The notes under the pieces were generated by a model that made no database searches, had not been told where the DNA came from, and worked only from the letters and a program-made list of their open reading frames with translations. The position numbers and the translations under genes were made by a program. A stretch of 64,000 bases of DNA from the human T2T-CHM13v2.0 reference genome, Homo sapiens: the NCBI RefSeq assembly GCF_009914755.1, contig NC_060931.1; one strand, written 5' to 3'. This document shows, piece after piece, positions 42,910-57,464 of the stretch. Numbering within the stretch: the first letter of the stretch is position 1; each line of letters begins with the position of its first letter.

Positions 42910-45390
42910 CGGGGACTGAATCAGCAGAAATGGCTTAGTAAGCAGTTCCAAAAATTCATTCATAAAAGTCATGAGAACTTTGGAAAAATGATCAAAATCA
43001 TTTTTTTTAAAATAAATCTGAAATTAACCTAAAGCATGCAACATCTAGGGGATGTTTATTCAGGTATAAAACACTGAATCCTGGTAATAGTTGAAGTTGT
43101 AGCAGTTTAATTAACCTTATAACAAAACCACTTCCTCTCCACCCCCCAACTCTTCTGAATCTGTAGGGAGCCTTGAAAACTGGCATTGTACAATTACAGT
43201 AAAACCGGAAGCCTAGTAGCCAATGAAAAAAGCAAAATAAGGTTGGATTTTCTCCAAGTCCCAGTTCCCAGATAACTGCCATATTCGACCTGTCTCAAAG
43301 TTCCCTGCAAAATCTATTTCCCAATATATGTTTTTAGTTGATCTGACTCAGTTTCCCACTGCAGCATTTTCTTGGAGGCATTTGCAAAAACAGTCAGTGG
43401 TAATTGTTTAACATCACAGTTGCATTAGATGGTGATCACAGTTGAGGCGCACAACAAGCTACCAAAACACTTAAAAGGAAAATCTGGGGAATGAGATGTT
43501 CATGGGAGACTTTGAAAACCTATTCCTGGAAAACTAGAAAATGCCACATACGTGCATTGGGCTGCGCACATGCCCAGGAAAGACCTCAGAAAGCCATATG
43601 CTCTCACCTCTGGATGACCACGTGTCTCTGCACATGTACAAAGTGAGGACTAAAGAAGAGTTATCAATAGCACCTCTGAGCTTTAAGGGTGTAACCCTAC
43701 ACATGCATAGAGCCCTTAGGCAAAATATGGGACAGTTATTAGTTCCGGTTATTAAAGGAAATCTGTCTAACCAATGGCTGACCATCAAGCTAATCTAGAA
43801 GAGATTTCAGTAATCATATGTAACAAAGAAAACAGACTTTATGGAATTAGCTCAGGAAAGCTGTTAAACAGCAACAACAAAAAATTAACACTAAATCCTA
43901 GGGAGAGGAGATCTGATTTTTAAAGTTGTCATATTGTGTTAATGAAAATGTTCGGTTTTTAACAAAAACCCAAGAGGTATGTAAAGCAGCAGAAACATAT
44001 TGCCAATATAGAGGAGGGAAAAGCAGTCAAGAGAAACTGTCCTGCAGAAACCTAGAATTTTGACTTATTTAAAATAACGTGGGCCAGGTGTGATGGCTCA
44101 CATCTGTAATCCCAGGGCTTGGGGAGGCCAAGGCAGGTGGGATCACTTGAGGACAGGAGTTACAGACCAACCTGGACAACATAGCAAGAACCTATCTCTA
44201 CCCAAAAAAAAAAAAAAAAAAAAAAATTAGCTATGTATGGTGGCATGTGCCTAGTCCTGCCTACTTGAGTGGATCACTTGAGCCTGGAAGTTCAAGGCTA
44301 CAGTGAATTATGATCATGCCAACCTGAGCAACAGAGACCTTGTCTATCAAAAAAAAAGAATGAGCCTATTTATGGTATTTTTCTAATATGTTCAGTCAAC
44401 TTAAGGACTTAAAAGTATGAGAAAGTTGCCTTATCAACTAGAAGATGTTAATAAAAAGGTATAAATTATTTGAAAAAGAAGAAAAAGGTATAAGTTCTGG
44501 AGTCAAAGTACAATGCAAATGACTAGTCCACTAGATGGGCACAACAGCACGCTTGCTCAGTCAAAAGAAAGAATTGGCACACCTGAAGATATGTTAACTG
44601 AGATTATACAAACTGAGGAATAGAAGGACAAAAAAAAAAGATCTCAGATTATCAGTGGATAATAATGAAGCATGCCAAAATAATCATAATGGGAGAACCA
44701 CCCAGAAGGACAGGACAGAGAAAGGAGCAGAAATAATTTTTGGTAGTAATAACTAAAAACTGCCCAATTTTGATGAAAAAGTGTTAATCTACATATCCAA
44801 GAAGCTCAAACTACAAGCAGGATAAATACAATCAGGTCCGCATATAAATGCATAAAAATCAAACCATCAAAAGCCAAAGGAATCAAAAAGGGAATCTTGA
44901 AAGTAGTAAGAGCTACTCATCATGCACAACATTCACCAATAAGATTAACAGCTTACTTCTCATCAGAAGTCATGGAGGTCAGAAGGCAGTGGGGGATGAT
45001 GTTCAAAGAGCTAAAAGATAAAAGACTGTCAACCAAGTATTCTATTCCAGCAAAATAATCCTTCAAATTTGAAGTAGAAATTAAGACATTCCCAGGTAAG
45101 CAAAAGCTGAGAATCTGTTGCTAGTCAACCTGTGCTACAAGAAATACCAAACGGAATACTTGAGGCTAAAATGAAAGGACATGAGACAGTAACCTGAATC
45201 TACATAAAGAGGACCAGTAAAAGTAAGCACATATACAAATAAGTAAATATAAATGATCATATAAATGTACTTTTGGTTGAACCCTTTTATTGCCCTGATT
45301 TATATGACAACTATAGAGAGCAATAATATAAATATTAAAAGGTAAACAGTGTATAAATATGCAATATATGTGACAACACAGCACACAGGA
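42910..45390 (+). mobile_element. Ancient L1M (MC/MD-type) 5'UTR + ORF1
   Basis: 5'UTR-like gcacatgcccaggaaagacct. ORF1 remnants (acatatccaagaagctcaa; tgtcaaccaagtattctattccagcaaaa). Confidence 0.7.
44082..44358 (+). mobile_element. AluJ (right arm partly deleted)
   Basis: Diverged dimer, cacttgaggacaggagtt; gttcaaggctacagtga. Confidence 0.85.
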
Positions 45391-45914
45391 AAGAGAACAC
45401 AGTATTGCTGAATCTTATATTGTTTAATGAGAAAATGAACTTTTATGCTAAAAATTTTCAGTTAAAAAATATGTAGGATATACAGACATACTGGAGGCTA
45501 TACTTGACCCTCAAGCTGTTAGTTTGGCAACTCTGCTAAAATGTCACTCTCAGTCCTTTAGAGTTTTGAAGAGGTACAATTATCTTTTTATACATGGAAA
45601 TTGACTCTATAAAAGTATAGAAATCTGCTGCTACAACTAGAACATTTGTTCAGGTTTTATCCTCCAGAGTCCAAATGATTTCCTTTAATTCTTTGCCTCA
45701 TTAAGTTATAAAAGCTTTTGTTTACTCATTGCTGAATTCACTTATAAAAACATTATTTCTCAAAGTCTCGTTGTAGACGTAAGTGTTCTAAGGTGTTATT
45801 TAGTAAACGCCTGTAATAAACTGATACACCAAAATCAGACACACTGGAAAAGATAATTTTATCTCAAATATAAAACTGTTTTCATAATTTCTCCAAATGT
45901 TTCCTTCTTATAAG

Positions 45915-46200
45915 AACAAAATAATTACTGAGTGGCTATTATGTGCCAGGTGCCATTGCTCAGCCCTGAGGATGACACAGTGAACAAGATAAAGTCCCTG
46001 CCTTTGTGGACTGCATATTTAAAAAGGATAAAGGTAACAGACAAGTAAAAACAAACTAGATAATTACAAATAGAAATAAGTACTATGACGGAAGTAAAAG
46101 AATATTAGAAAAGAAATAAGAGGAATAACAACAAAGGCTCCATAAGAAGTTTATATTTAAGCTGTGATCTAAAGGGTTGAAATTAAGCCAGAGGATAAGG
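45915..46200 (-). mobile_element. L2 3' fragment
   Basis: actgagtggctattatgtgccaggtgc...acagtgaacaagataaagtccctgcc. Confidence 0.75.
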
Positions 46201-46384
46201 AAAAGAGTTGTGTCAGTTGAGAAAAAGATGCGGTCAGTCAGGCTTGTAATGTGCTAAAACCACAAGAATGTTACAGGTTCAGCACCCATTCTGTTCATGC
46301 AAGAAAGTTCATAGCAAGAGAAAAAAAAATGATAAGAAAAGCTAAGATAATTAGCAGAGGCAATAGCTAGTGTTTGTTGACTAC

Positions 46385-46862
46385 TGCAGCAGGCTGAATT
46401 ATTTGTCATAATTTTTTTATTTCTCTGTGGTAGAATAATGTACTCACACCCTTGTCTTGTCTCATAGATGTGAAGTATACCAGCTTACTGTACTAATGTT
46501 TGGCTTTGTCACAAGGCTTACTTGGCCCAAAGGAATGTGAATGGAAGTGGCAGTGTGCACATTCCATGCCTAGTCCTCATGAAAAACCACATATGTTGAA
46601 TTAATCTCTTGCACCTCCACTACTATAAAAACCTCACCAACGTAGCTACCTCCCTTTCAGCATAGGATCCAGGAGAAACAGTCCTGTGTATAACCCTCAG
46701 TAAAGGGCCAAGCACAGCCAGATCTGCAGCTATAAGCAAAGCCACCCAGTCAACTCCACCCTAGATCAACAAACACCAAGTCAACCCACAGACAAGTGAT
46801 TAAGAATTACTGTTTTATGCCATGGAGTTTTGAGAATATTTGTCCATAATAACTAATAAATA
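46385..46862 (+). mobile_element. MLT1I/J-like LTR inserted in a MIR
   Basis: cttacttggcccaaaggaatgtgaatggaagtggcagtgtgc...tgttttatgccatggagttttg...taactaataaata. Confidence 0.6.
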
Positions 46863-47075
46863 CTTCCAATATCAGGCATAATACTAGATGCTTTACATAG
46901 GTTAGCTCATCCAAACTTTCCACCAAACTCATAAGGTAGATATGACTTTCAGCCCCATTTATCAGACAAGGAAACTAAGATTGACACCTTAAATAGCCTG
47001 CTGACAGTTATATAACAAGCAGGAAAACCAAAAAGCCCAACCAGTCTAGTTTCAGAGTTCTATGACTCTATTACT
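46863..47075 (-). mobile_element. MIR
   Basis: tgctttacata...ataaggtagat...ccccattttatcagacaaggaaactaag. Confidence 0.75.
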
Positions 47076-50000
47076 GTGATATTCCCCTTTTTCCTAAGTG
47101 ACTAAAGTCTTATTGCATTATCAAAACATTAGTATCAGTAAGTATATCTTTGTCCTATTTCAAGTCTACCACTTACAGAGTGAATAAAAAATAAACCAAG
47201 GACTTGTGATATCAGTTGTTCCTGCCTCAGTCAAGATCCACTTTACCCAGGTGCAAACTGAATAGAGTTCTACCATGTTTTGATGCCACTTTAAATAATG
47301 CCACTATTTTATCGTTCAGAAAATATAGTCAAGAAGCAGTCAGGGATAGGAGAATTAGCAATATGGCAGAACAGGAGGCTCCAGATTCCCCCTTCACCCA
47401 TAGACCCAGTGAATAGACATCTACTCACAGATGAATTCCCTTACATAAAGTCAGACATTAGTCAAGTCTCCTACCCAATAAGGCAACTGAGAAAACATCC
47501 ACACTGGATGGGCAGAAAAAGCTGAGGCACACTCAGGCACAGATTCTTCCATAGGCACTGTACCATAAAATTGAAAGAATTCCCAGCACCCAGCTTCTCC
47601 CTGTGGAAAAGAGGGTTTGAACCACATATAGCACCCTAACCTAAGTTTCCTTATGGCTAGGCTCTTAATTCACCAATGCAGGGAGTGAAGAGGATTAAAG
47701 ACTCTCCAGACCACAGGAAAAAAAATGGTGGTTTTCTACAGGCACAAAAGCACTTCCAGGGGCCTCATCCTCTGAGAGCAGTGCAGAGAAGGGACTATAA
47801 ATAGCTCCCCATTTCTCTCTGGAAGGAGATTTACGACACATTCTTCCAGTGGCTACTTGGCACAACCCAGCTTCTAAGTAGCTTGTATCAAGGAGATAAA
47901 GGGTCAGCTAGATAATACCTTGCTGGCAACCTGAGCAGCAGATCAGCACTTCCCAAGCCTTCTTCCTCAGCTCACTCCAGCTATTAACTCCAAGTCTATT
48001 AATTTATCCTGAAAAGAATTTGTCTGTCCATTGAATGCTCAACTTTTACTGCTTCCACTTCAGAAATTGCATCCTAAACTTCTTAACTCTTCAAGAGGAG
48101 AGCACACATAAGCAAGTCTCTCTAGACTACAGAAAAAAGCAGCAATTTTATACGAGCAAACAAGCATGTCCAGGGGCTTAATCCCCTGAGAGTAGAGAAA
48201 GGGCTCAAAAACTGCTGCTCCCTATTTCACCCTGGAAGAGGTTTACACACACATTCTGTGCCTAATTTTTCACAGCTGCCGCCCTGAGGTAATGCATCCT
48301 ATAAATCTAGCTCTGGAAGCAGAAGGGACTAGGTATATGAGCGTCTCCTGAAGAGGACCAAACCAAGAGGTAGTCTTAGACATGAAAATATAAGGGCTAC
48401 GCCCTTTGGGAACAGTGCAGAAAAAAACTCTCATTTTCTCTGGAAGGTGGTTGCTGCACACTCTTTCACTGGTTAATTAGTGGTCTGGCTTCTAGTCCAC
48501 TTGCATCTGGGAGCTAACAAAGAAGACAAACAGTAGCCTCTCAGCAGCCTGAGCCAGGGCACTGCACATTTCCTAAAGCCTTTCCTCTGGTTCACCCCAG
48601 TGATTACTTCAGGTCTACCCACTCTTCTTAGAGTTTATCCATGCACCAAGTGCCACACTTCTAGAGCTAGCTCCCACCCAAGGGACTGTCTCCTTAACAA
48701 CCTACCTCTGGAAGTCAATGGGGCTTTGTATTCCTGAATAGTCCTAGACCACAGAGGACAAAGAGGTGGACATATAACAGGACCCCTTCCAGCAGCTGTC
48801 TCCCTAGTATCAGAGGGTGCAGCTTGAATGTGAGTACAATATTTGTAACATATCCTCTCCCTAATTTGATGCAGAGAATGGGAGATAAATATGCATGCTT
48901 AGCTTCATCATGAAAATAGAAGAAACTAGAAGACCATCCAACACCTAAACCTTTTCAGCTACATCTAGAGGGTCTTGGCTTCTACCTTCCAGGTATCAGA
49001 GTACTGCCAGGATGTGGCACATCCCAACCTCCTAAAGGTCCACAAAAAACAGACAGCAGTCTGCATAAACATGAGACTGAGAGGTACCTTAAAATCCTTG
49101 GTCAGATGAATTAGAAATCCTCTCACTATATGAAATTAGTCTGACAAGACAGGCAGATGTTTTACCTAATATGCAGAAAACAACAGTGTCAAAGAAAATG
49201 AAAAAGCAGAAATATACGTTCCAAATAACAGAACAAGATAAATGTCTAGGAAATGACCTGAGGGAAGTGAAGATATGTGATTTACCTGACAGGGAATTTA
49301 GAACAATGGTCATAAACATGCTCACCAAGGTGAGAAAAGCAATGCAAAAACTGATAATTTCAGTAATAAAAGATAAAGTACAAAAACAGGTCAAACAGAA
49401 ATTAAAGGTGAAGAAAATAACTGAAAACGTCAATGGAATCAGCAGCAGACTAGATCGAGCAGAAGAAACTCAAAGTGAACTCAAAGATCACCAGAAATCA
49501 CACAACCTAAGGAGCAAAAGGAAAAGAGAATGAGAAAGAGTACGGATTACTTATGAGATTTATGGGACACCATCAAGTGGAAGAACGTATGCATTATCCA
49601 CATGCCAGAAGAGAAAACAGAAGAAACATAAAACATATTGAAAAAAAATAATAACAAACTTCCCAAGGCTGGAAAAGGAGATAGAAATCCAGATCTAGGA
49701 AATCCAAGAGACACTAAATAAGATGAATCCAAAGAGACCATATCAAGAAATATCAGAATCAGATGGCCAAAAGTTAAAGACAGAATCTTGAAAGCAGCAA
49801 GGGAAACCCAAGTTGTTAGAGACATGTGAGCCCCCATAAAATGATCAGTGGATTTTTTTCTGCAGAAACTTTTCAGGACAGGAGGGAATTAAACGATATT
49901 TTCAAGAACTTAAAAAAAAAAATGTCAACCAAGAATAGAATACCCAGGAAGCCTATCTTTCAAAAATGAAGAGGTAATAAAGACATTGTCATACAAAAGC

Positions 50001-50967
50001 TGAAAAAGTTGATCACCAGTAGACCTACCTTATAAAAAATGCTAAAGGGAGTTCCTCAGCTTAGGGAAGATGACAATAATTGGTAACATGAAAACATATG
50101 ACTACATAAAACTCACTGGTAGAAGTACATTGTCAAATCCAAAACACTAATACGGTAATGGCAATAAGTCAGTTATATCTGTAGTACAAATGTTAAAAAA
50201 CAAAACTATTCAAAGCACCTAAAGCTGGAATAATTTCTTAAGGACTACAAATATTAAAAAATATAAATTTTGACATCAAAAACATAAAACATAAAAGGGA
50301 ACTAAAAGTGTAGTTTGGGTATGCAATCAAAATTATCAACTTAAAATAGCCTGTTATAAGATGCTTTATGTAAGCCTCAAGGTAACAACAAAAGCCTATC
50401 ATAGATATACAAATGATTTTTTAAAAAGTGATCCAAAGCATACTACTACAGAAAACCATCAAACCACAAATGAAGCAAGCAAGAGAGAAAGGAACCAAGG
50501 ACCTGTAAAACAACCAAAAACCAATTGACAGAATGGCACTAGTAAGTCCTTACCTATCAATAATTACTTTGAAGCTAAATGCACTGAATGATCTAATCAC
50601 AAGGCGTAGAGTGTGGCTTAATGGATAAAAGATCCAACTATATGCTATGAGAGACTCATTTCATCTTAAAGAACACTCAGACTGAAAGTGAAGGGATGAA
50701 AAAATACATTCCATGCAAATGGAAACCAAAAGAGAACAAGAATAGCTGTACTATTTTCAGAAAACAGACATTAGGCCAAAAACTGTAAAAACAGACAAAG
50801 ACGACAATTACATAGTGATAAAGGGGACAATTCATCAAAAAGGATATAACAATTTTAAATATATAGGCACCCAATATCAGAGCATCTAAATATATAAAGC
50901 AAACACTAAGAGATATGAAAGGAAATGAATTGTAACACAGTAACAGATTTCAATACCAGAAATCTGG

Positions 50968-52232
50968 TATTTAATAAATGGTACTGGGAAAACCGGCTAC
51001 CCATATGCTGAAAAACTGAAACTTAAGCCCTTCTTTAAACCTTACACAAAAATTAACTCAAGATGGATTAAAGATTTAAACCTAGGTCCTCAAACCATAA
51101 AAACCCTAGAGGAAAACCTAGGTAATACCATTCAGGACATACGCATGGGCAAAGACTTCATGACTAAAACACCAAAAGCAATGGCAACAAAAGCCAGACT
51201 TCACAAATGGGATCTAATTAAACTAAAGAGCTTCTGCACAGCAAAAGAAATTATCATCAGAGTGAACAGGCAACCTACAGAATGGGAGAACATATTTACA
51301 ATCTATCCATCTGACAAAGGTCAAATATCCAGAATATACAAGGAACTTAAGCAAATTTACATGAAAAAAAAACAAACAAACAACCCCATCAAACAGTGGG
51401 TAAGGATATGAACAGACACTTCTCAAAAGACGACATTTATGCGGCCAAACATATGAAAAAAAGCTCATCATCACTGGTCATTAGAGAAATACAAATCAAA
51501 ACCACAATGAGATACCATCTCATGCCAGTTAGAATGGCGATCATTAAAAAGTCAGGAAACAACAGATGCTGGAGAGGATGTGGAGAAAGAAGAAAGCTTT
51601 TACATTGTTGGAGGGTGTGTAAATTAGTTCAACCATTGTGGAAGACAGTGTGGCAATTCCTCAAGAATCTAGAACCAGAAATACCATTTGACCCAACAAT
51701 CCCATTACTGGATATACACTCAAAGGATTACAAATCATTCTACAATAAAGACACATGCATATGTATGTTTATTGCAGCACTATTTACAATAGCAGAGACT
51801 TGGAACCAACCCAAATGCCCATCAATGATAGACTGGATAAAGAAAATGTGGCACATATACACCATGGAATACTATGAAGCCATAAAAAAGGATGAGTTCA
51901 TGTCCTTTGCAGGGACATGAATGAAACTGGAAACCATCATTCTCAGCAAACTGACACAGGAATAGAAAACCAAACACCACATGTTCTCAATCATAAGTGG
52001 GAGTTGAACAATGAGAACACATGGACACAGGGGAGGGGAACATGACACACCATGGCCTGTCGGAGGGGTGGGGAGCAAGGGGAGGGAGAACATTAGGACA
52101 AAAAACTTAGATGGCGGGTTGATAGGTGCAGCAAACCACCATGGCATATGTATACCTATGTAACAAACCTGCACATTCTGCATATGATCCCAGAACTTAA
52201 AAATAAATACAACAAAAAATTTAAAAAAAAAA
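50968..52232 (+). mobile_element. L1PA7/8-like 5'-truncated LINE-1 (~1.27 kb)
   Basis: ORF2 C-terminal peptides ([15 protein letters not shown]; WIKKMWHIYTMEYYEAIKKDEFMSFAGT), primate 3'UTR gataggtgcagcaaaccaccatggc, and an A-rich tail. Confidence 0.92.
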
Positions 52233-52677
52233 TAAATGTGCAAAGGACCTGAATAGACATTTTTCAAAAGACATACGAAGGTCCAGATATATTTGAAAAG
52301 AAAAATGCTCAACATCTTTAAATAGAGAAATGCAAATTCAAACCATAATGAGATATCATCTCACAACTGTTACATTTCATTTGATAACAGCCAATCTAAG
52401 AAGTATTGGTGAGGATGTGGCAAAAAGGGAACCCTTGTACTTTGTTGGTAATATTGTAAGTTAGTACAGCCACTTTGGAAAACAGTATGAAGTTTCCTCA
52501 AAAAATAGAATTATTATATGATCCAGCAATCCCACTTCTGGGTATATATCCAAAGAAATTGAAATCGATTAATATGTCAGAGATGTCTGTACTCCCAAAT
52601 TCACTGCAGGACGTCACATTAGCCAAGATATGGAAACAACTTAAGCGACCAAAGGTCACAAGGATTTAAGTAACATG

Positions 52678-52678
<1 letters not shown>

Positions 52679-52724
<46 letters not shown>
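52679..52724. repeat. (CA)23 microsatellite
   Basis: Uninterrupted CA run. Confidence 0.97.
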
Positions 52725-52725
<1 letters not shown>

Positions 52726-52872
52726 TGGAGTACTATTTCAGCCTGCAAAAGACAGGAAATTGTCATTAGCAAGAATACGGATGAACCTAGAAGACATTTT
52801 GCTAAGTAAAATAAGCCAGGGACAGAGACAAATGCTGTATGATCTCACTTATATTTGTAATCTTAAACAGTT

Positions 52873-53177
52873 GGCCAGGCGTGGTGGCTCACACCTGTAA
52901 TCCCAGCACTTTGGAAGGCCAAGCAGAGAGAATTGCTTGAGCCCAGGAGTTCGAGACCAGTCTGGACAATATAGGGAGACCCTGTTTAAACTAAAAAATA
53001 CAATTAGCCAGGCATGGTGGCACTGCCTGTGGTCCCAGTTACTCAGGAGGCTGAGGTGAGAAAATTGCTTGAGCCCAGGAGTAGAGGGTGCAGTGAGCTA
53101 TGACTGAGCCACTGTACTCCAGCCTGGGTGGCAGAGCAAAGCCCTGTCTCTAAACATTAAGTAAAAATAAAAACAAA
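52873..53177 (+). mobile_element. AluJ
   Basis: attgcttgagcccaggagttcgagaccagtctggacaatatagggagacc. Confidence 0.9.
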
Positions 53178-53366
53178 AGTCAAATTCATGGAAGCAGAGA
53201 AAAGAATGGTGGTTACCAGAGGCTGGAAGGGTGAGATGTTGGTCAAAGGGTATAAAGTTTGCTAGACAAGAGGAAGAACTTCTGGTGACCTATTGCATAG
53301 CATGATGACGATGGTTAATAATACATTGAATATTAACAAACAGTTTAAATTTTAATTTAATTTGTT

Positions 53367-53683
<317 letters not shown>

Positions 53684-56180
53684 TCACTACCAATAATTCA
53701 GGTGATGGGTATAGTAATTAGCCTGATTTCATCATTCCACAATGAATACACACATCAAAACATCACATTGTACCACATATATATATACAATTATCAAAAA
53801 AATAACCAAACTTATAAAAGGAATCAAGCAGCTATACCATAAAAAATTGTTTTACTATTTATCATTTAAACCTGATAGAAAAAAAAATTGAGTTCAGTTT
53901 TTAAAATGTCCTACTGAAAATAACACTGTCAGGTCACATTGTAAGGACACAATTTGATTGTGACAATATTCTCTTGGAAACAAATGATGGCAAGAATGTT
54001 CCTTTTATCAAAAATAATTTAATTATTTTATCTGTATTAATAAAGCCATAATAAAAACTGGTTTATTGAAAATGCAACATTCAATATGTAGCTCACTTTT
54101 ATCACGTTATTCTGCTTTGTATTAGCACCAGAACATGATACAACATGATTTGTAATACGGTTGAAAACAAAGGGCATTTATGCACTCCACAATCAGAATC
54201 AGGTATGCAGTAAGTAGACTAGCCTACTTCTAATAAAAGAAAAGTCTGACTTCCTAAAACTCTTAATTCCATTTAATATTTTGTGGTAGGGAACACACAG
54301 ACTGCACAAAATGATGTAAACTAATCAGCCTAATGAGGCTTTGGACACTAAAAAAATTTTAACTTACAAAGAAACTTGAGATTACTTTAGAAGAGAAAAA
54401 TAGGAGTTTATTTTAGCTCTTCTGAGCAATGATGGACATAAAATTTTTCCTTGCAGTTTTTATTATTATTATTATTACCCCAAAGACAACTGTGGCTAAG
54501 AAAAGGGTGTGTTTCCAAGAAAGGAATTTAGTGTCATTAAACACATATACTTAATGGGAGGTTTCCTGAACCTCCTCACTGAAATGCAGCCATCAGAAAA
54601 TAATAGAGTTAGTCATCTTTTTTAATATATATTTCAAATACATTTATTCCCCTAAGGCATGTATGTAAAAAACATATTAAACATTAAAACTAAACAGCAA
54701 AGTTAAACCAGAAAGATGAAAACCACACAAATAAAGGTAGACAATATGCTATAAAAATGTACAGCCAAATATACTCCCAACTAATCAGCAAGAAAATATT
54801 CTTTAACCTTTTCATATTAAGTAACCAAACCTAATCAAAAAGATATTTACATGAGTAACTGTATCTTTTATAAGCAAGTATCAAAATGTATCAAAATAAA
54901 GCATGTCCATGTCGTAAGAATCAACTTCAAGAAACCTAACAGGTATTGTAATCCGACTAACTTATCTTGTTTTTGCCATTTAATATATATTAACCTCATG
55001 TAACTACCTTCTTAACTAAAAATGGGAATATCACTTACCAATCACTATTGCTTCTACTGAGTGGATACTCAATGAACTAGTTTCCCTTTCCCTTGGCATA
55101 AATCAAGAATATCTCTTTAAAAGCAACTGTTTCTTCTCCATCATAATTTAAGACATCATTACAGTGATTGACCCGGCAAATGTCTTCACCGCTACAACTC
55201 ATCATGTACTTTAACTGCATCATTCCATCAGTACAGTCTGTTCTGATTGTTCATATCTCATGCCTATTGCGCTCATGTAACCAAATGACCATTGGATGTC
55301 TTTTCAGTCTCTACTCGATGCTTTCTGGATAATCATTACTTTACCCAGCCCTTTACTTGTTTCTCAAAGTCAGAGTTAGAAAGTGTTTTAGTCCAAACTC
55401 CTCAGTTACAGGTATGGAAGTAGTCCCAAAGAAATTAAAGTCTGTGACCATTACTGCTTAAGACCACTTAGCTAGAAACAAAAGGTAGCCATGTTGGACT
55501 CCCAACATCCTCATTTATTCTGGCATCTACCAACACTGACTGATAGAACAGGCTTGAAGTAGAGTGGTTTGGGTGTTGAGATAGCAGGGTGGCAAGGCAG
55601 GTTATCCCAGCAAAGGGGCCGCCCACCAGCACAGTGACTTGAGTAGGCATCTGCTGATGGTTCTCATTCATTATTACAGTATAAAGATCTGTGTTCACTG
55701 ATTAGCCCATATCACTGCAAGCTCTTCACTACTGTAAGTAATTGTAAAAGATCAGATGATTTGATCGGTGATAGTAGTGACAATACCTTTTTACTAGTTT
55801 GACAACTTACATGCCCTAGCTAAGCTAAGTAACGAAGCATAAGTGGAACTGGAAAAAAAAAATTACAGAGAAAAATTCTAGAATGCTTTCAAATTTATCC
55901 CAAAATCATGAAAAAAAAATGTATGTTTATAAACTTATCTAAAAGTATCTACATAGAAATACTTTACTAGGCACTGAACAAGTTAAGCCAAACAATAAAA
56001 TTATTAACATGTAAGTTGTGTTAATTTTTCTATCTCTACATACTTCCTTCTCAACAACCCAGCAAGGAAGGTACTACCTTCTTTCTTGGGTAAAATACCA
56101 CAACTCAGAAATATAGCACATCAACAACAATAAATAAACTCAAAGCTGTCCGATTCCACATTTCCTGCTCTTATAATGAC

Positions 56181-56370
56181 TGTGGTGTATTAAAGATAGC
56201 CACAAATGCTCTTGGAGGTGGGGGAGTATCTGGTTTTCCTCTTTTTAAACACAGGCTGGCCTCTGACTGCTCTGCTTTATGTGGTACAAAAGCAGTGATG
56301 ATGTCTGTCTGAGGTCCGGCTCAGGCTATAAGGAGACAGGCAGCTTCTACTTTGTTCTCTTTGAACGCTG
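56181..56370 (+). mobile_element. MLT1F/G-like LTR 5' fragment
   Basis: tgtggtgtattaaagatagccacaaat...ggctggcctctgactgct...aggcagcttctact. Confidence 0.6.
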
Positions 56371-56374
56371 CATA

Positions 56375-57455
<1,081 letters not shown>

Positions 57456-57464
57456 GCTATCATT

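Noticed and set aside
51396-51920. Longest ORF in the track (174 aa)
   Set aside because: It is the C-terminal part of L1 ORF2p in a 5'-truncated, frameshifted L1PA, not a host gene.
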